A stretch of 64,000 nt of DNA from Candidatus Gemmiger avicola (GCA_019118805.1 DWYG01000190.1:13434-77433), one strand, 5' to 3'; positions 30,676-40,147 are shown, counted from the stretch's first letter. Numbers and translations: made by a program. Notes: a model not told the origin generated them from the sequence alone.

Positions 30676-32736
30676 TCAGTCCTGCGGGTCAAGGTCAAAG
30701 TCGCCGGGTTCAATCCGGGCAAGATCGGCGGCCGGGTCGGCGATGAGCCGGCGGGACTGGTTGAGGATGGCGCGTTCCAGAAGGTTGCGCGCCATCCGGC
30801 CATTGCCGGCGCGTGCGGCGTCTTCGGCCTGGCGGCGGGCGAAATATGCCTTGAGCGGCGCTTCGCAGCCGGCATCCAGGGTGTAGCCCTTGGCCTTCGC
30901 CTGGGCTTCGGTAATGGCCCAGAGCGCATCGGCGGTGTAATCGGGGAATTCGATCTGGTTCGGGAACCGGCTTGCCAGCCCCGAATTCGCCGTGAGGAAC
31001 TGCTGCATCTCGGCCGTGTAGCCGGCCAAAATCACGACAAAGGCGTCGCGGTGGTCCTCAATGCCCTTAACAAGGGTGTCGATCGCTTCCAGCCCGAAGC
31101 TGTCCTGTTCGCCCCGGTACAGGCTGTACGCTTCATCAATGAAGAGCACCCCGCCCAGCGCGCTGCGGATAACCCCGTTCGTCAGCGGCGCCGTGTGGCC
31201 GACATACCGCCCCACAAGGTCGGCGCGGGATACTTCGACAAGCTGGCCGCCCTCAAGCGCACCGATCGCCTTGAGGTATTTGGCCAGGATGCGGGCGATC
31301 GTCGTTTTGCCGGTGCCGGGGTTGCCGGTAAAGATCATGTGCCGGTTGACCGCCGCAACCGGCAGGCCCTGGGCCTTGCGGCGCTGCTGGGCCTGGACAT
31401 TGGCCGCCAGGTCCCGCACATACGCCTTGACAGGTTCCAACCCGACAATCGCGTCCAGTTCCGCCTCCACCGCTTCAACATCGCCGCGGTAGGGCGCGGG
31501 CAGCAGCCCAAGCAGGTCAAACGGCGCGCCGCCGGCCACGGCAGCCATGACCCGGCCGTTTTCAACCGTCAGCGCCGCAGCGGCCCCTTCGGCGGGGGCG
31601 GGGTCTGCGCTGAGCACATATTCGGCCAGCGCGCGGAAAAGCCGGTCGGCCGCGCGGCGTATGGCCCGCATACCGCCGGCTTTGCCGTACTGGCCGGCCA
31701 GCCAATCGCGCAGGTCCGCCCCCATCGAAAGCCGCAGCCCGCAGCGCCGGCGCGCGGTCTCGGCCAAAAAGTTGAGTTCCCGCGCTGCAACCGCCGCCAG
31801 GCTTTCCGGCGTGAAGGGCACGGTGCGGCAGATATCGCCGGCCAGCGCATCGACAAACTTGGCCCCGAACGCACCGGCCAGCGCGCTTTCATCCTGTTCA
31901 GAGAAAAAGACAAAGTATTTGCCGCCGGCCTGCAGTTCCCCGATGGCATCAGGCGCCAGCGCCGTGCCTACATCGACAAGGATGCCGCGCTGCAGCACAT
32001 ACCGGCTTGCCAGCGCAAGCTGCCCCTGGGTTGCCAGCGTCGCAAGCATGGTGCGGAACGCCGGGGCGCAGGCTTCGTAATGATCAAACGCAAGGACGGC
32101 GGCCGGCGCGCGCAGCGCGGCGTAAAGGTCCTGCAGGAAGAGTTTTTCCTGCGCGGGGCCCGGATAAAGCGAAAGGTCAATCTGCTCAATCGCATCGCTG
32201 GGCAGCAGGCCGCGGGCCGCCATTTCAGCCACAACGCAGCGCAGGGTATAATGCCGCCCGCTGCCCGAAGGCCCGCACAGCAGCATTGCGCCGCGGGCCT
32301 GGCTGGGACCCCCGGAGCCCATCACAAAGGGGCGGCGGAACGCCTTGACCACCGCCGCCACAAAATCATCCTGCCCAAGCACCTGGGCGCGGACTGCATC
32401 GGCCAGGCCGTCAAACCCGCCGCACGCGGCGGGCCGGGCCGGCGGCGGGGCCGGCCGGGCCGCAGCCTCCCGCTCAAGCAGGCCGTCGCTGCGCAGGTTG
32501 CGGGCCAGTTCCGATGACATCCGCCGCACGGCGTCCGCCGTTTTGTCGGCGGCATTCCGCACGGCGTCGGCTGCCTCGCCGGCCTTCTGCGCGCGGGCCG
32601 GGCCGGCCGAAAGGGCATCCAGTTCAGCCTGCATGGCGCGCAGCGTCTCATCGGCCGCATCGGCCTGGGCCGGCGTACCGCGCACATTGCGCATCAGCCC
32701 GCGCACCCAGGCGTCGTAATCAGTTTCCAGGCTCAT
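30676..32736 (-). CDS. Tandem AAA+ ATPase: degenerate ClpA/B-like N-terminal module plus CbbX/SpoVK-like C-terminal module
   Basis: VLGQD..GPSGSGRH (Walker A K to R); C-terminal HMIFTGNPGTGKTT, LFIDEAYSL, SRFPNQIEFPDY and GNGRMARN; AAAGGAGG RBS. Confidence 0.8.
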   Translation of the reverse strand: MSLETDYDAWVRGLMRNVRGTPAQADAADETLRAMQAELDALSAGPARAQKAGEAADAVRNAADKTADAVRRMSSELARNLRSDGLLEREAAARPAPPPARPAACGGFDGLADAVRAQVLGQDDFVAAVVKAFRRPFVMGSGGPSQARGAMLLCGPSGSGRHYTLRCVVAEMAARGLLPSDAIEQIDLSLYPGPAQEKLFLQDLYAALRAPAAVLAFDHYEACAPAFRTMLATLATQGQLALASRYVLQRGILVDVGTALAPDAIGELQAGGKYFVFFSEQDESALAGAFGAKFVDALAGDICRTVPFTPESLAAVAARELNFLAETARRRCGLRLSMGADLRDWLAGQYGKAGGMRAIRRAADRLFRALAEYVLSADPAPAEGAAAALTVENGRVMAAVAGGAPFDLLGLLPAPYRGDVEAVEAELDAIVGLEPVKAYVRDLAANVQAQQRRKAQGLPVAAVNRHMIFTGNPGTGKTTIARILAKYLKAIGALEGGQLVEVSRADLVGRYVGHTAPLTNGVIRSALGGVLFIDEAYSLYRGEQDSFGLEAIDTLVKGIEDHRDAFVVILAGYTAEMQQFLTANSGLASRFPNQIEFPDYTADALWAITEAQAKAKGYTLDAGCEAPLKAYFARRQAEDAARAGNGRMARNLLERAILNQSRRLIADPAADLARIEPGDFDLDPQD

Positions 32737-32808
32737 GGTAGCCTCCTTTGGCAAGATTTGGGAAATAGCGGGCCCGGGGCGTATCAAACCCGTCGGTTCA
32801 GATATGCC

Positions 32809-33843
32809 CTAGCCTTCCGGCAGCGTAACGGCGGAGCTTTTCTTTCCGCTGCAGGCGCCGGGGGCGGGGTTGGCGCACCCGTGCGGGCCGGGTGCCGGTT
32901 TGCCGCGCACCCCGCGCAGCCGGCCGCCGGCCAGGCCGTGCGGGGCAGGCGCCTTTTGCCAGCCTTCGGGCGGCGGCGCGCCATGGGGCAAGCGCAGCAG
33001 ATGCTGGCCGCGGCGGTAAAAATCCCAATCGGCCGCCAGGCTGCCGCCGCGCCAGCGCGGATGGCTGCGCGCCCAAACATACCCGAAAACCACCGCCAGC
33101 GCCGCCGCAAGCAACACGGTGGCCCCGGCCCAGACAACCGGGCTGACGGGCGGGCGGGCAGCCAGCGCCGCGCCGGGGTCAAAGCCGGCCGCCAGCGCGG
33201 CCGGCACCTGCACGCGCACCGTGGCACGCTCGCCGTGGCCCAGCGCGCCAAAATGCCAGACAAAATACCCGTCCTCCATCGTATCGGTGTCGGCGGTCAT
33301 GCCTTCGGCGGCCTTCCAGCGGACTGTCAGGTCCTCGATGGTCAGGTCGTCAAACCAGCCGGGGGTGAAGGCATACCGGGCCGAACCGTCGGGTTCAAGG
33401 GCAAACAGCCCGCTCTGGTGCACCGTAAAGGCAAACTGCACCCGGCTTTCCTGCCCGACGGCGGCCGCATAATCCGGCGCGTAATACCGTTTGACAAACA
33501 CAACCTGGGCAAAGCTGCTGCCGCGCCGGGCCATGTACCGCACGCTGGAAACCGTTTCCGGCGTAAGGTTGACAAATTCATCCACCCGGTCGTTGGGCAG
33601 GCCGATCTGCACCCAGGAAAGCGGTTCATCCGGCTGGCCGCCGATGACCTCCCAATCAAAATCATAGGTGATGTCGGCGGTGCCGTCGGCGCGCGGTTCC
33701 ACCGTGACGGTATAGCTGTGGATGGTATCCAGGTCGGCGCGGGCTTTGGGCGCCGCCAGGCAGCAAAGCGCTGCCAGGCAGGCAGCCGCCGCCAGCACCC
33801 GCCAGACAAAGCCGGCCGGCCGGGGAAAGGATGGTGTGAGCAT
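32809..33843 (-). CDS. Hypothetical exported single-pass membrane protein (DUF2207-like N-terminus)
   Basis: Signal peptide, beta-rich ectodomain beginning DTIHSYTVTVEPRADGTADITY, TM segment, Gly/Pro/Cys tail; GGAGG RBS before ATG 33843. Confidence 0.65.
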   Translation of the reverse strand: MLTPSFPRPAGFVWRVLAAAACLAALCCLAAPKARADLDTIHSYTVTVEPRADGTADITYDFDWEVIGGQPDEPLSWVQIGLPNDRVDEFVNLTPETVSSVRYMARRGSSFAQVVFVKRYYAPDYAAAVGQESRVQFAFTVHQSGLFALEPDGSARYAFTPGWFDDLTIEDLTVRWKAAEGMTADTDTMEDGYFVWHFGALGHGERATVRVQVPAALAAGFDPGAALAARPPVSPVVWAGATVLLAAALAVVFGYVWARSHPRWRGGSLAADWDFYRRGQHLLRLPHGAPPPEGWQKAPAPHGLAGGRLRGVRGKPAPGPHGCANPAPGACSGKKSSAVTLPEG

Positions 33844-33889
33844 CGGGAACCTCCGAAGGAGAGATGGCAGGGAAACGGGATCGGGCGGG

Positions 33890-35248
33890 TCAGCGTTCCA
33901 GCAGGCAGCCGGGCCGCATGGCGGCGGCCTGGCGGCGGATGTGGCGGGCCGCCGTCCCGTTCCAGATGCGCGGCCACGGCTGGTGCAGGATATCGCCGAT
34001 CGCCGGGCCGCGCAGCCAGCTTTGGCAGGGCAGCACCTTGCCGTCCGGCGCGATGGCCAGGTTGGCCAGCCCGGCGCCGCAGCGCGGCGGCCGCGCAAAG
34101 CCGAGCGCCTGCAGCGCATTGTCATCCAGCCAGCCGGGGCTTGTAAAATCCAGCGCCACGCCTTCGGCCTCGGCGGCGGCCCGCCCTTCGCGCAGGGCGG
34201 CGGCCAGGGCGTCCGGCGGCAGGCGGGTGGCAGCACTTTCGGCCGTTTCGGCGCGGCCGGTCGGGCTCAGCCCGCCGCAGGCAGCCTGCCGCACCCCCAG
34301 CGAGGCAGCCAGCCGGACGGTGGCGGCGTATGAGCGGTTCAGGCTGCACAGCGGGGTGTACACGCTGACGTTGAGCCCCGCCGCCACCGCGTTCCGGATG
34401 CCGGCAACGGTATCGGCAAAGCCGGGCGCGCCGGCAAGTTCATTGTGGACTTCCTCCTCCGCCGCATACAGGGTGATCTGCACGGCGTCCAGCCCGGCTT
34501 CGCACAGGTCGCGGCAAAGCCCCGGCGTCAGCATCCGGCCGTTGGTGTTCAGCCGGGTTACAAACCACTGCGCCGCCGCCACAAGCTTGACAAGGTCGTG
34601 GCGCAGCGTCGGTTCGCCGCCGGTAAAGGTGAGCTGCGGCACCCCGGCCGTGCGGCATTTTTCCAGGATCGCCAGCCATTGATCGGTGTCAAGCTCTTCG
34701 GCTTCGGCATAGAGCTGGCGCGCCGCATAGCAGTGCAGGCATTTCTGGTTGCAGTGCCAGGCCCCGTCTTTGACCATTGCGCTGATGTGCAGGTCCATCC
34801 GCAGCGGGGCGGTCATGTACCGCGCATAGGCGCCGAGCTCCACCTCCGGCAAACGCAGCGGCGTTTTTCCGGCAACGTCGAGCAAAGTGGCGAGCAGCGC
34901 GTCAAAATCGGTTGCGATCTGGGCCGGCGGGGTACGGTGGTAGACGGCGGCCGCCGCGCCGATTGCATCGGCGCGGGCGGCGGCGGCTTCCTCCTTCGTC
35001 ATGGCGCGGCCGGCAAACGGTTCGACAGTCTCCATCCAGCAGGCAAGCAGGATCGCCCAGGACAGGCGCAGGGGCAGCAGGTCCCTGCCGTTGCGCAGCA
35101 GCAGGAAGGGCAGGTCCGGCTGCGGGCGGCGCGGCGGCAGCAGATGCAGCCGCACAACGCAGCCGTCCGCCCGGCGCAGCGTGACCTGGCGGGCGGCGGC
35201 GAGATGACGGCGCAGGAACTGAGATTCCGCACGGCTCAAAAGCGGCAT
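33890..35248 (-). CDS. Radical SAM protein with SPASM/twitch-like C-terminal domain
   Basis: CNQKCLHC (CxxxCxxC), FTGGEPTLR, TNGRML and CGAG..IAPDGKVLPC; extra ~140 aa N-terminal domain. Confidence 0.88.
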   Translation of the reverse strand: MPLLSRAESQFLRRHLAAARQVTLRRADGCVVRLHLLPPRRPQPDLPFLLLRNGRDLLPLRLSWAILLACWMETVEPFAGRAMTKEEAAAARADAIGAAAAVYHRTPPAQIATDFDALLATLLDVAGKTPLRLPEVELGAYARYMTAPLRMDLHISAMVKDGAWHCNQKCLHCYAARQLYAEAEELDTDQWLAILEKCRTAGVPQLTFTGGEPTLRHDLVKLVAAAQWFVTRLNTNGRMLTPGLCRDLCEAGLDAVQITLYAAEEEVHNELAGAPGFADTVAGIRNAVAAGLNVSVYTPLCSLNRSYAATVRLAASLGVRQAACGGLSPTGRAETAESAATRLPPDALAAALREGRAAAEAEGVALDFTSPGWLDDNALQALGFARPPRCGAGLANLAIAPDGKVLPCQSWLRGPAIGDILHQPWPRIWNGTAARHIRRQAAAMRPGCLLER

Positions 35249-35297
35249 ATAGGACACTCCCAGGAAGGAATTTTGTGGGGAAAATGCAGTGCATCAT

Positions 35298-35460
35298 GTA
35301 GGGGCGGACACTGCCCGCCCGCGAGGTTCACGGCACAGCGGGCTTCCCCGGGCGGGATACATCCCGCCCCTACACATGAAGGTAAGGCACATTGCCGGCC
35401 TTGCAGGTTCGCAACCGCGTTACCCGCCATTTGTAGGGGGCGGATTCTTCCGGCCCGCGG
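35298..35460. repeat. Cluster of three GTAG-type REP-like palindromes in the radical SAM 5' region
   Basis: gtaggggcggacactgcccgccc; gggcgggatacatcccgcccctac; gtagggggcggattcttccggccc. Confidence 0.7.
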
Positions 35461-35512
35461 AGGTTCGCGGCGCGGCGGGGTTGCCGGCACGGCAGAACCC
35501 ATATATGCCGTT

Positions 35513-35556
35513 ATTATACCACAGAACCCCCCGCTGGTCTACAGCGGGGGGATTCT
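35513..35556 (-). promoter_or_regulatory. sigma70-type promoter (TAGACC-17-TATAAT, extended -10) for the radical SAM run, overlapping the hairpin after the M23 gene
   Basis: Minus strand agaatccccccgctgTAGACCagcggggggttctgtggTATAAT. Confidence 0.6.
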
Positions 35557-36303
35557 TTATTCGTCTGCGGCCCGGGCCGGGTCAAGGTAGGTTTCCTCTT
35601 GCATACATTCCAGGTGCAGGTGCGGTTCGTCCGCCCGCTCGCTCGGCACAACGCCCAGCGTGCCAAGGGTATCCCCCGCCGCCACCGACGCGCCGGTTTC
35701 CACCGCGGCGCCGGCAAGCCCGCAGTACCGCCACAGCCGGCCGGATGCATCCTGCACCGTTACCACGGTACCCCAAAGGGCGTCGTCCTCCACTGCGGCG
35801 ACCGTGCCGGGCAAGACGGCTTCGACTGCGGCGCCGGTTTCAAGCGCATAGTCGGCGCCGTTGTGGGTGCGCCAGTCGCCGAACGTCTCGTTCAGCACAA
35901 GCTCATCCCCGCTGAAAGCGCGCAGCGGCGTGCCAAACCAGGCCGGCCGCGCGGCCGACGGCGCCGACGCTGCGGCAGACTTGCCAGCATCGCCACCCGC
36001 GCCAGCACCACCGGAGCCCGATGCAGGCACAGACGGCGCCGCCGAAGGCTCCGGCGAGGGCGCAGCCGAAGGCGAAGGCATCGGCGTGGCGATGGGCAGA
36101 TCCTCGGTGGGGCTGTTGGCAAGCGCGTCGGGTTGGTTCCATGTCTGTTCCTCCAGGGCTTTTTGGCGGGCATCGGTCAGGCTTTTCACGTTGCGCACCA
36201 CGGTCTGCACGGCCATCACGCCGGTCACCGTGGCGATCAGCACCAGCGCCAGGCAGAGCAGGTACAACCCTTTTTCCCTCAAAAATGCTTTGAAGCTGTT
36301 CAT
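35557..36303 (-). CDS. M23 family peptidase, SpoIIQ-like architecture
   Basis: N-terminal TM, Pro/Ser/Ala linker, HNGAD (HxxxD) and HLH motifs. Confidence 0.8.
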   Translation of the reverse strand: MNSFKAFLREKGLYLLCLALVLIATVTGVMAVQTVVRNVKSLTDARQKALEEQTWNQPDALANSPTEDLPIATPMPSPSAAPSPEPSAAPSVPASGSGGAGAGGDAGKSAAASAPSAARPAWFGTPLRAFSGDELVLNETFGDWRTHNGADYALETGAAVEAVLPGTVAAVEDDALWGTVVTVQDASGRLWRYCGLAGAAVETGASVAAGDTLGTLGVVPSERADEPHLHLECMQEETYLDPARAADE

Positions 36304-36372
36304 CTTCCCCCGTCCTTTATCCTAAAATGTTTTCGGGGGCTTCACAAGCCCCCAGGCAGCAGCCTTTGTGCC

Positions 36373-36402
36373 TAGTGTGGGCAGAAGGCGGGCGGGTTAT
36401 GC
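36373..36402 (-). promoter_or_regulatory. Candidate forespore (sigmaF/sigmaG-type) promoter
   Basis: Minus strand GCATA-18nt-CACACTA upstream of the M23 gene. Confidence 0.5.
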
Positions 36403-36470
36403 AGCCGCGGCACACAAAAAGCGGGGGCCGGCCAATAGCCGGCCCCCGCAGGGGACAAAAGGCAAAGCGG

Positions 36471-39122
36471 TTACGCCGCCTGCTTGGATTTTGCAAGGCC
36501 GCGCTGGATTGCCTTGATGATTTCGACAACCGGGATCACCACAATGGCAAGCGCTATGGCCGTCAGATACTCAGGCAGATCAACCGGCGTGAAGCCGAAG
36601 GCGTTCGCGATGAACGGAACTTCCAGCACGATGGTGGTCAGCACCAGGCTGCCGAGCATGGCAAGCCACAGCACCTTGTTGTGGGTGTGCAGCGTGAAGA
36701 TGCTGCCGCGCTGGCTGCGCATGTTGAAGCTGTGGAAGATTTCGCACATGCTCATGGTCAGGAAGGCCATCGTCATACCATCGGGGGAAACGCCCTTCGG
36801 CATTTCGAAGTAGCCCACTTCGAAGCAGTGGCCGATGATATAGCTCGTGATGGTCAGCACGGTGACCAGAATGCCCTGGTACACAACGTCAACGCCGAGG
36901 CCGCCGGCGAAGATGCCGTCGGAAGATTTGCGCGGCGGACGGTGCATGATGTCCTTTTCGGCCTTTTCCACACCGAGGGCAAGGGCCGGGAAGCAGTCGG
37001 TAATCAGGTTGATAAAGAGCAGGTGGACCGGGTTGAGCAGCGTGAAGCCGAGCAGCGTGGCAAAAAAGACGCCGAGCACCTCGCTCATGTTGGAGGCCAG
37101 CAGGAACTGGATGGCCTTGCGGATGTTGTCATAGATCCGGCGGCCTTCGCTGACCGCGTTGACGATGGTGGCGAAGTTGTCGTCCGCCAGGACCATATCG
37201 GCAACGTTCTTGGTGACGTCGGTACCGGTAATGCCCATGCCGACACCGATATCGGCCGTTTTGATCGAGGGCGCATCGTTGACGCCATCGCCGGTCATCG
37301 CGGTGATGCAGCCCTTCTTCTTCCAGGCAGAGACAATGCGGACCTTGTGCTCCGGCTGGACGCGGGCGTACACGCCGTACTTGGTGATCGCTTCGGCGAG
37401 TTCTTCATCCGAAAGATCATCCAGCTCGGAACCGGTGATCGCTTCGCTCGGGTCGGTGATGATGCCGAGCTCGGAGGCGATCGCCACAGCGGTATCCTTG
37501 TGGTCGCCGGTAATCATAACCGGGCGGATGCCGGCTTCACGGCATTCGATGATGGCGGGCTTGACTTCGGGGCGGACCGGGTCGATCATGCCGGTCAGGC
37601 CGATGAAGCAGAGCTCCTTTTCAAGGAATTCGGGTTCGTTGCTTTCGGGCTTGTGGTCCCAGGCGCGCATCGAGGCTGCCAGCACGCGCAGGGCCTTGTC
37701 TGCCATCGCCTTGTTGGCGGCCAGGATCTCCTGCCGCTTGGCGTCGGTCATGGGCTGGGCTTTGGCGCCGTCCCAGTAGGCGGTGCAGCGCTTGAGCACT
37801 TCATCCGGCGCGCCCTTGGTGTACTGGATATACTTGTCGCCTTCGGCCAGGTGCACCGTAGACATCATCTTGCGGGAAGAATCGAACGGGGCTTCGTCAA
37901 CACGGGGCTGGCGGGCTTCCAGGTCGGGCTTTTTGAGTTCGACGGCCGCCGCATAGTTGACAAGCGCGGCTTCGGTCGGTTCGCCGGTGGCGCCGCCTTC
38001 GGCGTATTCGGCGTCAGAGCAGAGCGCCATCGCGGTGGCGAGCAGCTTCTCTTCGCCGACATGCTCGACGACGGTCATCTTGTTCTGGGTCAGGGTGCCG
38101 GTCTTGTCCGAGCAGATAACCTGCGCGCAGCCCAGCGTTTCGACAGCGGTCAGCCGGCGGATGACTGCGTTGCGCTTGGACATATTGGTCACGCCGATCG
38201 AAAGCACGACGGTGACAACGGTGGCCAGGCCTTCGGGGATGGCGGCGACAGCCAGCGAAACCGCGACCATGAAGGTCGAGACAATCGCATCCAGGCTGAA
38301 CTGGCCGGCGGTGAACATGTTAAACGCAAAGATGAAGATGCAGATCACGATGACAAGCTTGGTCAGGGTCTTGCCAAGGTCGCTGAGCTTGCGCTGCAGC
38401 GGGGTCTGCTCTTCTTCGGTGGCGGCCAGGACGCCTGCGATCTTGCCCATCTCGGTGTCCATGCCGGTGCCGGTCACAACCATGCGGCCGCGGCCGTACA
38501 CAACGGTCGAGCCCATATAGGCCATGTTCTTACGGTCGCCCAGCGGCACATCCTTGCCGTCCGGGCCAAGGTTGAGGGCTTCGATGAACTTGTTGACCGG
38601 GACGCTTTCACCGGTCAGGGCGGCTTCCTCGATCTTGAGCGAGGCGCTTTCCAGGATGCGGCCGTCGGCGGGAACGGCATCGCCGGCTTCCAGCAGCACC
38701 ACGTCGCCGGGGACAATCTCGGTCGAGTGGAGGGTCACGGTTTTGCCGTCACGCAGGACTTTGCTGGTGGCGGCGGTCATCGATTGCAGCGCTTCGATCG
38801 CCGCTTCGGCCTTGCTTTCCTGGTACACGCCGAGAACCGCGTTGAGCAGCACGACAACAAGGATGATGATGACTTCGGCGAAGCTCTCACCCTCAAAGAT
38901 GCTCAGCGCAAAGGACACAGCGGCCGCGGCAAGCAGCAACAGCAGCATCGGGTCTTTGAGCTGGTCCAGAAACCGTTCGAGCAGGGTGGCCTTTTCGGCC
39001 TCCTTGAGCTTGTTGGGGCCGAACTTTTGCAGGCGCTGTTCCGCTTCCTGCGCGGTCAAGCCATTGTGGGAAGACTGTTCTTCCTGCAGGACTTCTTCCG
39101 CAGACAATTCATACGTTTTCAA
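36471..39122 (-). CDS. P-type IIA cation-transporting ATPase (Ca2+/Mn2+, YloB/YoaB-like)
   Basis: LTGES, IPEGL, DKTGTLT, KGAPD, MTGDGVNDAP and NLITD motifs; TTG start at 39122 after AAAGGAG. Confidence 0.92.
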   Translation of the reverse strand: MKTYELSAEEVLQEEQSSHNGLTAQEAEQRLQKFGPNKLKEAEKATLLERFLDQLKDPMLLLLLAAAAVSFALSIFEGESFAEVIIILVVVLLNAVLGVYQESKAEAAIEALQSMTAATSKVLRDGKTVTLHSTEIVPGDVVLLEAGDAVPADGRILESASLKIEEAALTGESVPVNKFIEALNLGPDGKDVPLGDRKNMAYMGSTVVYGRGRMVVTGTGMDTEMGKIAGVLAATEEEQTPLQRKLSDLGKTLTKLVIVICIFIFAFNMFTAGQFSLDAIVSTFMVAVSLAVAAIPEGLATVVTVVLSIGVTNMSKRNAVIRRLTAVETLGCAQVICSDKTGTLTQNKMTVVEHVGEEKLLATAMALCSDAEYAEGGATGEPTEAALVNYAAAVELKKPDLEARQPRVDEAPFDSSRKMMSTVHLAEGDKYIQYTKGAPDEVLKRCTAYWDGAKAQPMTDAKRQEILAANKAMADKALRVLAASMRAWDHKPESNEPEFLEKELCFIGLTGMIDPVRPEVKPAIIECREAGIRPVMITGDHKDTAVAIASELGIITDPSEAITGSELDDLSDEELAEAITKYGVYARVQPEHKVRIVSAWKKKGCITAMTGDGVNDAPSIKTADIGVGMGITGTDVTKNVADMVLADDNFATIVNAVSEGRRIYDNIRKAIQFLLASNMSEVLGVFFATLLGFTLLNPVHLLFINLITDCFPALALGVEKAEKDIMHRPPRKSSDGIFAGGLGVDVVYQGILVTVLTITSYIIGHCFEVGYFEMPKGVSPDGMTMAFLTMSMCEIFHSFNMRSQRGSIFTLHTHNKVLWLAMLGSLVLTTIVLEVPFIANAFGFTPVDLPEYLTAIALAIVVIPVVEIIKAIQRGLAKSKQAA

Positions 39123-39304
39123 TCGGGTTTCCTCTCCTTTCGGTGCAGGCGCCCGGGGCGGGCCGCCTTGTGAATGGATGGCGGGCGGGCATCCGCCCGC
39201 CCTTGCAGGGTGAACCCCCCCTGCCGGGCGCCTTTGCCGTAGTTTGTCCGTTCTTTGGGTCGGCAGCCGAACCCGGCCGGACAGACTCAGCACTATACAG
39301 GTCT

Positions 39305-39333
39305 ATTATATATAAAAAATACCCACCTGCCAA
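39305..39333 (-). promoter_or_regulatory. sigma70-type promoter for the P-type ATPase
   Basis: Minus strand TTGGCA-17nt-TATAAT. Confidence 0.7.
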
Positions 39334-39434
39334 GGACTTTTTTAAGGATTTTTCCCAAAACTTTGCATCTTTGTCCGGCCCCGGGCCGGGCAGAGGGGCG
39401 ATGCCCCCATGCAGGGGAAAAAGCCATCCCTGGC

Positions 39435-39520
39435 GTGTGAGTCTTGTACAACCGGGCGCACCGGGCCGAAGCCGTGCTGACGATGCCGCCCCGCGCTGCG
39501 CGCGGTACTACTCCCTCAAC
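39435..39520 (-). ncRNA. yybP-ykoY (Mn2+) riboswitch aptamer, second copy, in the mntP 3' region
   Basis: Minus strand gtTGAG-GGAGTAG-tac..cGTCAGCACggcttcggcc-cggtg..gtaCAAGA-CTCAc; conserved loop motifs and P1 TGAG/CTCA. Confidence 0.75.
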
Positions 39521-39545
39521 GGGTATGTTTTTGAAAATTGAGATG

Positions 39546-40106
39546 TTATAAGATCCCGATCCCTTCGAGCAGAATCTTCGCCCCCATCAGGATCAGCACA
39601 ATGCCGCCGGCACGCTCGGCCATGGCCTTGTAGCGCATGCCGAACAGGTTGCCAACCTTGACCCCGACCGCCGACAAACAGCAGGTGGTAACCCCGATCA
39701 GCGCAACGGCCGGCCCGATGGAAACCTGCATGGCCGCAAAGCTGACCCCGACGGCCAGCGCGTCGATCGAAGTGGCCACTGCAAGCGGCAGCATCGCCAT
39801 GGGGGAAAAATCCGGCGCGAGGTCTTCTTCCTCTGCGCCAAAGCTTTCGCGCACCATGTTTGCGCCGATCGCAGCCAGCAGGATAAACGCCACCCAGTGG
39901 CTGAACCGGCTGATGACGCCGGCAAAGGTGGAACCCAGCAAAAAGCCCAGCAGCGGCATGCCGGCCTGGAACACGCCGAACCACACGCCGCACAGCGCGG
40001 CATGGCGCGCTTCCAGCTTGCGCACCGAAAGCCCCTTGCAGATGGACACCGCGAAAGCGTCCATGGAAAGGCCAAGCGCGATCAGAAAAAGATCCAACAA
40101 ACTCAT
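39546..40106 (-). CDS. mntP: Manganese efflux pump MntP
   Basis: LSMDAFAVSI and ATSIDALAVGVSF repeats; preceded by a yybP-ykoY riboswitch. Confidence 0.92.
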   Translation of the reverse strand: MSLLDLFLIALGLSMDAFAVSICKGLSVRKLEARHAALCGVWFGVFQAGMPLLGFLLGSTFAGVISRFSHWVAFILLAAIGANMVRESFGAEEEDLAPDFSPMAMLPLAVATSIDALAVGVSFAAMQVSIGPAVALIGVTTCCLSAVGVKVGNLFGMRYKAMAERAGGIVLILMGAKILLEGIGIL

Positions 40107-40147
40107 ACCAAATTCCCCCTGTATCGTTTTGCCCGCAAAACGGCGAC

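Noticed and set aside
28621..32517. 1298 aa + strand ORF (likewise 36327-39173 and 42750-45506)
   Set aside because: Shadow frames opposite well-supported genes
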